Shown here piece by piece: positions 15,073 through 22,721 of a stretch of DNA of 23,750 bases. Each line of letters begins with the position of its first letter. The stretch's first letter is position 1. A program made the translations under genes and the position numbers. Below the pieces are notes generated by a model. That model saw only the letters and a program-made list of their open reading frames with translations. It was not told the DNA's origin and did no database searches. The stretch lies in sequence record FR725450.1. One strand, 5' to 3'.

Positions 15073-15669
15073 GTGACTCTTCCAAAGGGGTACAGGCCGG
15101 AAAGGGTTCTCTGGCAGGACGACATCACCCAGGGCCTTTTCAGGCAAAGCGTGGTCGAGCACCGGGAAATAACCACGCTCCGGGTCATCAAGAACGAGGT
15201 CGGCATCAGGCTTGCAGACATTGACGAGATATTGGTAGTAAACACAGAGATAGAGTATGATTCGGTGTATCACGACAGGAGAAAAAACCGCGCGCTTGGC
15301 CCGGAGGGCAGATTCAACGCCAAGACACGGGTCATCGGCGACATCCAGTTTTTCCAGAACGGCAACCTTGTGCTTGTCCTCAACGATGTCTATGATCCAG
15401 AGGAAGTGGCAGGCATCGTGCGGTCTGCAAGGGCTGGAGCCGCCGAAGAACAGGCGCTGCGCAGGGTCAAAGAGGTCCTGGCCGGGCAAGCTCCTGTATC
15501 GGGCAGCAGGACTCCTGTGTCCTGCCCCTCATGTGCAGGCGAAAACCCTCCTGGATCTAATTTCTGCAACAAGTGCGGCGCCGCGCTTCCCCCTGGATGC
15601 CCAAAGTGCGGCAGCAGCAACCTGACCGGGTCTTCGTTCTGCAGCATGTGCGGCAGCCCTCTCAGCTAG
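15073..15669 (+). CDS. PH-like domain plus double zinc ribbon protein (accessory)
   Basis: C-terminal CPSC..NPPGSNFCNKCG / CPKCG...SFCSMCG (DZR); the N-terminus has a bacterial-PH-like pattern; lacks the late motif. Confidence 0.7.
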   Translation: MTLPKGYRPERVLWQDDITQGLFRQSVVEHREITTLRVIKNEVGIRLADIDEILVVNTEIEYDSVYHDRRKNRALGPEGRFNAKTRVIGDIQFFQNGNLVLVLNDVYDPEEVAGIVRSARAGAAEEQALRRVKEVLAGQAPVSGSRTPVSCPSCAGENPPGSNFCNKCGAALPPGCPKCGSSNLTGSSFCSMCGSPLS

Positions 15670-15679
15670 TTCTCATTTT
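15667..15679 (+). promoter_or_regulatory. Putative late-promoter motif copy
   Basis: TAGTTCTCATTTT, 38 nt before in-frame GTG 15705 (ATG 15684 is only 17 nt away). Confidence 0.6.
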
Positions 15680-15704
15680 CCGGATGCGCATAACGGCAGG
15701 CAGT

Positions 15705-17321
15705 GTGACCCTGCCAGATTTATTGCGTCCCCGTATCAAGATTACAAAACATAATGATCCTATCAGCGTATATTTTGATTATAATGCTTTTTCGCCTCCA
15801 AGCTCGGGGCCGCGCGTAATTGCCGTCTCGGTGGAGGACAAGGAACTCGTGCCGGCGCCCTTTACGATAGTGATAGAGGACAGCGATGGCGCGCTTGATG
15901 CAAATGTCGGAAACGGCAACAAAGTCACCATTGCCATCGGCAGCACGCAGGAGAGCCTTGCAAACTTTGTCACCGGCTACGTGCGGCAGGTGCAGGTCCA
16001 GAGGCGCGACACCGGGATAAAGGAGATAACCCTCAATGGCTTTAGCTCGGTAATCCGCCTTGACGAGCGGATCGGCAACTTTTACAGGATAGCCGCAAGG
16101 CAGGCAAACGGCGTCGATCCTGACCCTGACGACCCGAACATGAAGTGCGGCGAGATATTCCGGGACATCTTTGAAGATACAGACCACCTGCCTCTTGGCC
16201 AGCCCCTCGAGTCTTTTTCCACGGGCGGGATAAACGACATCGGCGAGCACCTTGCCTCGATAAAAGAGCCTTTCGTGGAATGGAAGCAGATAGCTGACAG
16301 AATAATGGAAGCTTCTGGCACGGTGTACGGCATCGACGCAGACGATGTCGCCTTTCTCCGCTACCCTACCCTTGCGCACAGCGGGATAACCATCCGCAGC
16401 ATGCCGACCGCTGCCGACCCTGATGAGACAACAGGCTACTTTGTCGGCTCGTGGGGCTACACCGACTCTATAAAAAAGAGCGACGGCTTTTCAAACCGCC
16501 TGTACGGGCGGGGCGGCACCCAGCTCCTGCTTGACGTCGACAGGTTTGCAGACAATGCGTCCGTCGAGTGCCATTCAAAGGACCGCGCTGTACAGTTCAC
16601 TGCGTCCGCGCCGCGCCTTGACAGCGTGTCCCTCGTCCTTTCAAAAACGGGCACGCTTGCGACAGACATCGCCGGCGAGATCCGTCTGGACGACGGAAAC
16701 AACACGCCAGGCGGCGAGGCCGTGGGGACGTTCTCGGTGTTCCGCAACCTCATAGGCGCGTCTGCCGCGGCTGTAAACCGCGTCAACATCTCTATGCACA
16801 GCAACCTGCTGCAGGTGGACAAGAAATACTGGATAGTGATCAAAAAGTCTGGCGACGCGTCAAACCATGTCAGGTGGCACCACGACAACGGCACGTCCGG
16901 CGTCAACGCCGAAAGGGCTTCGTCGACCTGGACCGTCAACACTTCAAGCTACGTTCTGGCGCACCGCACGTATTTTAGCCGGAGGGTGCTTGCCGAGGCG
17001 TCGGACCAGAAATCCATCGACAGGTATGGCCTTGTCGAGTCAGTGGTGGACGCGCCGTGGATAATCGAGGGGCAGACGATGGACGCGTACCTGACTGCGA
17101 TGCTGCAGTATTCTGCCCTGCAGCACCGCGTCTACGACGTGAAGAAGATCTACGCGCCTGCGACCCTGATAAACGCAGGCAAGCTTGCGCGGCTTGTGGA
17201 CGAGACCTCCGGCATAGACTCTGACGCGGAGATAGTGATGTCGCGCTACCGCTTCCGGGCTGACGAAAGCGGCCTTGGCACCCGCTATGCCGAGGTCCAG
17301 CTGCAAGGGTACGTGCGCTAG
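15705..17321 (+). CDS. Baseplate hub / Tal-like tail tip protein with an inserted beta-sandwich domain
   Basis: After TMP; hub-like segments (YVRQVQVQRR..ITLNG, WKQIADRIMEASG, FSNRLYGRGG, SIDRYGLVESVV). Start is 15684 or 15705. Confidence 0.65.
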   Translation: MTLPDLLRPRIKITKHNDPISVYFDYNAFSPPSSGPRVIAVSVEDKELVPAPFTIVIEDSDGALDANVGNGNKVTIAIGSTQESLANFVTGYVRQVQVQRRDTGIKEITLNGFSSVIRLDERIGNFYRIAARQANGVDPDPDDPNMKCGEIFRDIFEDTDHLPLGQPLESFSTGGINDIGEHLASIKEPFVEWKQIADRIMEASGTVYGIDADDVAFLRYPTLAHSGITIRSMPTAADPDETTGYFVGSWGYTDSIKKSDGFSNRLYGRGGTQLLLDVDRFADNASVECHSKDRAVQFTASAPRLDSVSLVLSKTGTLATDIAGEIRLDDGNNTPGGEAVGTFSVFRNLIGASAAAVNRVNISMHSNLLQVDKKYWIVIKKSGDASNHVRWHHDNGTSGVNAERASSTWTVNTSSYVLAHRTYFSRRVLAEASDQKSIDRYGLVESVVDAPWIIEGQTMDAYLTAMLQYSALQHRVYDVKKIYAPATLINAGKLARLVDETSGIDSDAEIVMSRYRFRADESGLGTRYAEVQLQGYVR

Positions 17322-17326
17322 TTAGT

Positions 17327-17338
17327 TAGTTCTCTATT
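17327..17338 (+). promoter_or_regulatory. Putative late-promoter motif copy
   Basis: TAGTTCTCTATT, 35 nt before GTG 17362. Confidence 0.75.
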
Positions 17339-17361
17339 GTCTGCCGTGCAGTACATGCGGC

Positions 17362-17925
17362 GTGTCGCACACACTTGATTACCTTGACGTAAACAGGGCC
17401 GCGCTCTTTTCCAAGTCTGATGCCAAATACGTCAGGCGCCAGCTTTTTGCGGACAGGATTGACGCGTTTAACGAGCGTCTGGAACGCGTGCTTGCCGACC
17501 AGACCGCTTATGACGACCTTGTGCACCGGCATCTTGAGCCGCTGCAGGTAAGAAGGAAGGTAGACCTTGTGGTCAACTCTGGCCTGCAGCGCCTCGCCAA
17601 GCTGGCCACGGGCAAGACCACGAGCTCGTTTACACACGTTGCCTGCGGGACAGGCACCAACGCTGAAAACGCAGGCGACACCGCGCTGCAGGCAGAGGTC
17701 CGGCGCATAGCGTGCACGGACCGCTTTGACTCGGGAACGTCAATGAAGTTCTCCGGCTTTTTCGATTCAACAACGGCGACTGGCAGCTACACGGAATTCG
17801 GGCTGTTTGACGCCTCTTCCGGGGGCAACATGTTCTCGCGCACCGTGTTCTCGCCTGCCATCAATCACGCGCAGAACTCGACCGTCTTTGTACTGACCCA
17901 GGTGGTGAGCCAGGCAGCGTCATGA
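17362..17925 (+). CDS. Tail fibre-associated / baseplate-attachment protein
   Basis: HVACGTGT...DTALQAEV.R...EFGLFDASSGGNMFSR pattern, common in tail-fibre N-terminal modules. Confidence 0.65.
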   Translation: MSHTLDYLDVNRAALFSKSDAKYVRRQLFADRIDAFNERLERVLADQTAYDDLVHRHLEPLQVRRKVDLVVNSGLQRLAKLATGKTTSSFTHVACGTGTNAENAGDTALQAEVRRIACTDRFDSGTSMKFSGFFDSTTATGSYTEFGLFDASSGGNMFSRTVFSPAINHAQNSTVFVLTQVVSQAAS

Positions 17926-18314
17926 GCTTCCGGCAATTGCGCAAGATTCCCGGCCTTGACAACATCGTCAAGGACCTTGCCGAAAAGCAGAACAGGGCGC
18001 AGGCCGAGGATGGCATAGAGGACCTCACGCTTTTCCGGCAGAACAGGGTCGACACCGACGCAATCACGTACGCGGACACTGAAAGCCACGCGGCAAACGG
18101 CGACAGGACGGATGCCGACGGCATTTCACTTGCTGACGTGGAAACAGCGCTGGCGCAAAACAGACAGCAATTTGACGCAGATGGAGATTTCTTTTGCGGG
18201 AGCGGGGCTGTCATCAACGAAACCGACAAGCCTTCTGGAGCATTTGCAGGCGGCATTGGAAACTTCAACGAGCCGGACCAACCAGCCGTCGCGGACTTCT
18301 CCGATGCAGGGTAG
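17922..18314 (+). CDS. Acidic hypothetical tail-region protein (130 aa)
   Basis: ATGA overlap with the previous gene; Asp/Ala-rich. Confidence 0.65.
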   Translation: MSFRQLRKIPGLDNIVKDLAEKQNRAQAEDGIEDLTLFRQNRVDTDAITYADTESHAANGDRTDADGISLADVETALAQNRQQFDADGDFFCGSGAVINETDKPSGAFAGGIGNFNEPDQPAVADFSDAG

Positions 18315-18329
18315 AGTGATGATGGGTAG

Positions 18330-19811
18330 ATGGCGCTAAAAAAGCTCAATGTACCAGGCGTCAATCCCGGCAGCGTGGACAAGCTGTACGGCGAGGACTG
18401 GAACCGGCTCGTCGACGCGCTGACCGGCAACGTTGCAGAAAACATAACCCTCACCGGCTTGTTCAAGGTCAGCCGTCCCAATGCTGATCTTGCTGAATTT
18501 GTGGATACGAGTGTCGGCGTCAAGCTGAAGGTGAGGCCAATAACCTCGGGCACGCGCTGGATGAGCTTTGACATTGATGTTGATGGCGGCGGCTATGTCA
18601 CGGATGTGTTGCAGCTACGAGAGCAAGAAGTCAGAATAAACCAGCAATGCAATATTTTGGCTAACGTTGAAAGTGTCTTCTCTGCCAAAAGAACGAGCAC
18701 TGGCGCCGTAGGCTATGAGTTGGGCAGCAATGATGCCACTGGCGGCAACGTCTACATCGACTTGCATACAGACAGCGGCGACGGAGACTATAGGTCAAGA
18801 ATTATCAGGAACAACGGCGCAAACGGCACTTTCGATCTTCAGCAGACCGGCACGGGCGCCATTCGGCTCATTGGCGCCAACGTCAATGTTGATAGCGGAA
18901 AACAACTCTTTCTTGATGGCGGCGGCGATACTTACCTGAGCGAAGTAGCAGCTAACCAGCTGCGTGCAACGGCAGGCGGCGCCGAGGTATGGACGGCTGT
19001 GCAAACGGCCCTTAATGTAGTGCAGGATCTCAAACTCGCCGCGGCAAAGAGGCTATACCTTGACGGTGGTGGAGACACGTACATCTATGAAAGCAGTGCA
19101 AACGTACTTGATTTTCTGGCTGGTAATATTTTGGCAATGCGTCTAACTAATGTCAGCGCGTCTTTTGGCCAAGCCCTGACAATTCAAAATGATCAGGCTG
19201 ACCTAATAAGGGCATACAGGCCAAATAACACGCCGACAACAGGCAGTGGAATTCGGTTTGACCTTAACGATTCGGCAGGGAACCAAGAAGCGTATGCATT
19301 GATATACGGTATAATTGTCACCAACACAAACGGCGCCGAGGATGGCAAACTCTCGTTTAGGACAAAGAAAGCAGGCACTATGAAGAACTGGATGGAATTG
19401 CTGCAAGATGGAACATTCAGGATCTACGAAGATGCAGGCATTAAAAGCGTCTCTTTGAGACATGACGGCAATAATGCCATTCTTGCGGTATCGTCTGGAG
19501 ATCTAGTCCTCCAACCGGGAGCTAACGTTTCAATACCTTCAACAAAGAAACTTTATCTCGACGGCGGCGGTGACACGTTCATCCATGAAGCCAGCGCCAA
19601 TATGCTAGATATTGTAAGCGGTGGGAGCGTAGGCATTTCGCTTCGTGGAACCGGCCAGGTATGGCTGAGGGCAGGAAGCGGCGCAGCCGACCCGACTGCA
19701 AGCGATATCAACGCTGGCTATGGGATGTGGTGGAAAAACACTACGGCAAACGAAGTCAGGCTGTGGTACAACGATGGCGGAACGATGAAGAAAAGCGCAG
19801 CCCTTGCCTGA
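18330..19811 (+). CDS. Tail fibre / receptor-binding protein
   Basis: 493 aa, Gly/Asn/Thr-rich beta repeats, three internal LDGGGDT repeats, at the end of the tail module. Confidence 0.78.
   Translation: MALKKLNVPGVNPGSVDKLYGEDWNRLVDALTGNVAENITLTGLFKVSRPNADLAEFVDTSVGVKLKVRPITSGTRWMSFDIDVDGGGYVTDVLQLREQEVRINQQCNILANVESVFSAKRTSTGAVGYELGSNDATGGNVYIDLHTDSGDGDYRSRIIRNNGANGTFDLQQTGTGAIRLIGANVNVDSGKQLFLDGGGDTYLSEVAANQLRATAGGAEVWTAVQTALNVVQDLKLAAAKRLYLDGGGDTYIYESSANVLDFLAGNILAMRLTNVSASFGQALTIQNDQADLIRAYRPNNTPTTGSGIRFDLNDSAGNQEAYALIYGIIVTNTNGAEDGKLSFRTKKAGTMKNWMELLQDGTFRIYEDAGIKSVSLRHDGNNAILAVSSGDLVLQPGANVSIPSTKKLYLDGGGDTFIHEASANMLDIVSGGSVGISLRGTGQVWLRAGSGAADPTASDINAGYGMWWKNTTANEVRLWYNDGGTMKKSAALA
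18899..19624 (+). repeat. Three copies of a ~27 aa protein repeat K.L.LDGGGDT(Y/F)..E..AN.L....GG
   Basis: LDGGGDT codons start at 18912, 19059 and 19557 (spacing 49 and 166 aa); synonymous sites have diverged. Confidence 0.85.
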
Positions 19812-19812
19812 A

Positions 19813-19822
19813 TAATTCTCTA
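19813..19822 (+). promoter_or_regulatory. Putative late-promoter motif copy
   Basis: TAATTCTCTA, 35 nt before ATG 19848. Confidence 0.7.
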
Positions 19823-19847
19823 CTATCTCCTTTTTTCATTATCTGCC

Positions 19848-20117
19848 ATGCCAGAATTATTAACATTTCAACAAAAAGTCGACGCCTTTGTCAATGCTGC
19901 ACGCAAGGTCGCAGACAGGGCAGAGGACTATGACCGCAAGATCCTGCGCGACGGCAATGGCAATGCAGCCAACCTTGCAGACCCTATTTTCGGCCTGTCA
20001 GAAACAGAAATCACGACCAAGCTCAAGATGCGCATAAAGCCAGAATGGGATAATTTCAGGCAGGCAGAAGCGACGATGCTCGCAGAGCTGCAAGGGATTG
20101 ACGGCGCCATAGAGTGA
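19848..20117 (+). CDS. Hypothetical helical protein (89 aa)
   Basis: ORF after the fibre gene with the motif at canonical spacing. Confidence 0.7.
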   Translation: MPELLTFQQKVDAFVNAARKVADRAEDYDRKILRDGNGNAANLADPIFGLSETEITTKLKMRIKPEWDNFRQAEATMLAELQGIDGAIE

Positions 20118-20386
20118 GGCAGATGAGCATGGAAAACCAGACAGCAAGCAACGAAAAAAACGGCGTCTCTTACAAGGACCTCTTTGAGGCCGAGCAGAAA
20201 AAGCGCCAGGAAGCAGAGAAGGACCGCGACGAGCTCTTGGAAAAATACAATTCTGTGGTGCAAGACAGGGAAAAGGTCATCGCGTCGATACAGATGGTGT
20301 CTGTCAAGGCGGTTGCGGGCATGCTGTCTGACCTGCAAAGCATCGCAAGGCAGGCGCCGCGCTTTGAGGCGATGGAGCGCGGCTAA
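20114..20386 (+). CDS. Coiled-coil hypothetical protein, last gene of the cluster
   Basis: GTGA overlap with the previous gene; heptad-like LFEAEQKKRQEAEKDRDELLEKY. Confidence 0.65.
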   Translation: MRQMSMENQTASNEKNGVSYKDLFEAEQKKRQEAEKDRDELLEKYNSVVQDREKVIASIQMVSVKAVAGMLSDLQSIARQAPRFEAMERG

Positions 20387-20466
20387 GCCTTGCCGGCACA
20401 TCTCTTTTATCAATTAGCACTTTGCATGTAATTAGAAAGCATTATTTTGTTGGTATGGGGGAGCTG

Positions 20467-20754
20467 TCAGCAGTCGTTAATGACGCCACTTCTGGCAAGC
20501 AGGTCGAGTCTCTTTTTCATGTCTTTAAGGATTAGGGCTCTTCCTTCTCCAAGGATGGGCAAAAGCATCATCTCAGCTTCACTTATCGATATGCAGTCCT
20601 TGGACAGGCTCTCGCGATAGCTTATCTGGATATGTCCAATAATGAAGTCTCTGGCAGAGCTCCCCAAGATGTTTAGGGACTCGCTCAGAACTTCAAGAAG
20701 CACTTGCGTCTTGAGGTTGTCATAAGAAGAATAGTGTGGCGTTTTTTCGGCCAA
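20467..20754 (-). CDS. Host small helical protein, DUF3227/NitrOD5-like
   Basis: Pattern LSESLNILGSSARDFIIGHI...LLPILGEGRALILKDM resembles this Nitrososphaera-expanded family (by eye). Confidence 0.5.
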   Translation of the reverse strand: MAEKTPHYSSYDNLKTQVLLEVLSESLNILGSSARDFIIGHIQISYRESLSKDCISISEAEMMLLPILGEGRALILKDMKKRLDLLARSGVINDC

Positions 20755-20774
20755 TTGTTATATATCCACCACTT

Positions 20775-21176
20775 CTACCTCGGATTTAAAAGATCGTCAT
20801 TTCCCTCATAGGGAGCGTGCTTTTTAAGGTAGTCTAGCACTTTTGCAACCAATTCATTGTGGTTATACGGCGGCGAGACCTTGAACGCAAGAATCGTCTT
20901 TTCGCCAATCTGGTTTTCCAACGGGAACGCAAGCACATCAGAGCCCTCAAAATGTGCCGTAAAAAAGAGCAGCGGCCCGTAAAAGTCTTGGTTTGACCTG
21001 TGGATCGCCGCGATTATCTCTGTCTGGAAGAAGATGGCCTTGAGGCGTTCCTCGTTTGGAAGTGGCGTGACCGGCTTTGAAAACCCGGCAATGGCCACGC
21101 CTTGCTGAAGGACCGCTGCACCCATTATGTTTTCATGGAGAGCACAAACGCCCTCACAGAGCTCAAAGTTATTCAT
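20775..21176 (-). CDS. Host hypothetical protein, roadblock/profilin-like fold candidate
   Basis: 133 aa with alternating helix/strand pattern (IMGAAVL..., YGPLLFFTAHF, VLAFPL, ILAFKV). Confidence 0.55.
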   Translation of the reverse strand: MNNFELCEGVCALHENIMGAAVLQQGVAIAGFSKPVTPLPNEERLKAIFFQTEIIAAIHRSNQDFYGPLLFFTAHFEGSDVLAFPLENQIGEKTILAFKVSPPYNHNELVAKVLDYLKKHAPYEGNDDLLNPR

Positions 21177-21371
21177 TGAGTTTCTTTTCTATGTATGCAC
21201 GTGTTAGCATGTATGTTATTTAACAATTCTCCATTTTCAATATCGTGATGGAACCGTAAAATTCTGTTGCCACGTTTCGCAGCATTTCGCAATTGCGGCG
21301 CTGTCTTGGTTTCCGCCAGGGGTGCAGGAAAGAACCTGTTAGATCAGAAAGTCGCTCATGCTCAAGTTAGG

Positions 21372-22169
21372 TCAGTGTGCTTCTTTTACCAGCTGGTACT
21401 TTGACGTGTAGCCTCGCGGGTTTATCATCATGCCCTTGTAGTTGTAGGTCGACGAGTTGCCCACGATGACCGTCGTTATCATGCCAAGCATGTCCTGGTG
21501 CTCGAGCATCTTGTCAATAGTTGTCATGACCACCTGCTGGGTCTCCCTGTACGCGCCCTTGATTATTGCAACCGGGGTTTCCGGCTTTCTGTATCGTAGA
21601 AAAATGTCGCGGGTGTCGCGCAGCTGGTGCACGCGCTTTTTGCTTGCAGGATTGTAGATGACGGTGACATAGTCGCCAAGCGCGGCCGCTTCGACCCTCT
21701 TGACTATCATGTCCCACGGGACCAGAAGGTCGCTCATGCTGACGACTGCAAAGTCTGTCATCAGAGGAGACCCGACAAGGGCTGCGCAAGAATTGAGAGA
21801 CGAGACTCCTGGCACGCACTCGACATAGATGCCAGAATCCTTGTCCCAGCCTTTTTCCGCAAGAATTTCGTAGATGAGCCCGACCATGCCGTAGATGCCC
21901 GGGTCGCCGGATGAAACAAGCGAAACGATCCTTCCCTTTTCTGCAAACTCGATTGCCTGGTTTGCCCTGTCCACTTCTTGCGTCATGGCATAGCGGTACA
22001 CTTCCTTGCCCTGTATGAGGTCCTCTACCAGGCCGACGTACGTTTCATAGCCGACTATTACCTCGCTTTCCTGAATGACCTGCTTTGCCCTGTACGTCAT
22101 GTGGTCGTGGTGGCCGGGGCCTACGCCTACCACGTACAGCTTGCCTTTCTTTGCAGGTTCACCTGTCAT
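21372..22169 (-). CDS. cbiH: Precorrin-3B C17-methyltransferase (cobalamin biosynthesis)
   Basis: LYVVGVGPG, VIVGYETYV, LVSSGDPGIYGM, VPGVSS, DFAVVSMSDLLVPW, IYNPASKKR, VIVGNS, NPRGY. Confidence 0.95.
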   Translation of the reverse strand: MTGEPAKKGKLYVVGVGPGHHDHMTYRAKQVIQESEVIVGYETYVGLVEDLIQGKEVYRYAMTQEVDRANQAIEFAEKGRIVSLVSSGDPGIYGMVGLIYEILAEKGWDKDSGIYVECVPGVSSLNSCAALVGSPLMTDFAVVSMSDLLVPWDMIVKRVEAAALGDYVTVIYNPASKKRVHQLRDTRDIFLRYRKPETPVAIIKGAYRETQQVVMTTIDKMLEHQDMLGMITTVIVGNSSTYNYKGMMINPRGYTSKYQLVKEAH

Positions 22170-22304
22170 TTGGCAGCTGAGGTGCCAAAATACAATTTAT
22201 CTCTTTCTTGTTAAAGCATGTTTTTGTGGTAAAGTCGGGAAAGAATAAAACTCTGATTAGCGCCAGTATTTTTTCCGCCTGAATAACAACTCTTGATCGA
22301 TACT

Positions 22305-22712
22305 TTACGTGGTGGGTGCTTCTACAACCAATGCCGCAAACCTCGTGCCGTCTGATGTTGTCACGCCTACTTCGTACGGTTGGCCGCCTAACCAGTTAAA
22401 CGGTATCACAAGTTTGGCTTCTTCTAGACTTTTGATATCCTTTGAAGGCTCAATCGCCGCCGGTACTATCCTGTCGTTAATGTCTGCCTGAGCTATCTTA
22501 ACTATTTCAAGGCCATTATTGCGCACATGCGCGGTAATCACTCCGTCTCCGAATTCAACTCGGTCTATTGTCACGCTTGGGGGAGGAATGTCTGCATTTG
22601 CAGCTGGGTCTCCCTGCCATAGGATAAATGCCATCATAATGAGACCCGTCAAGACGGCCGGTACTGCAGTAATTATGACAAGCTTTTTGTTTGTGATATT
22701 GGCGGTAGCCAT
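22305..22712 (-). CDS. Membrane-anchored Ig-like domain protein, resembling the N-terminal part of thaumarchaeal ZIP-type transporters; possibly truncated
   Basis: N-terminal TM helix, then VTIDRVEF..ITAHVRNNG..IAQADINDR..PAAIEP..IPFNW..QPYEVGVTTSDGTRF. Confidence 0.55.
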   Translation of the reverse strand: MATANITNKKLVIITAVPAVLTGLIMMAFILWQGDPAANADIPPPSVTIDRVEFGDGVITAHVRNNGLEIVKIAQADINDRIVPAAIEPSKDIKSLEEAKLVIPFNWLGGQPYEVGVTTSDGTRFAALVVEAPTT

Positions 22713-22721
22713 CTCTCTTTA

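Larger units (their letters stand above)
860..20400 (+). mobile_element. Integrated tailed-virus (siphovirus-like) morphogenesis cluster: provirus remnant or GTA-like element
   Basis: Co-oriented TerL, portal, protease-MCP, adaptor, tail terminator, tail tube, chaperones, TMP, hub and fibre genes between host genes. No integrase or att repeat seen, so boundaries are approximate. Confidence 0.92.

Noticed and set aside
18330-20400. Diversity-generating retroelement or invertible tail-fibre system
   Set aside because: No reverse transcriptase, no near-identical TR/VR pair, no invertase or inverted repeats.
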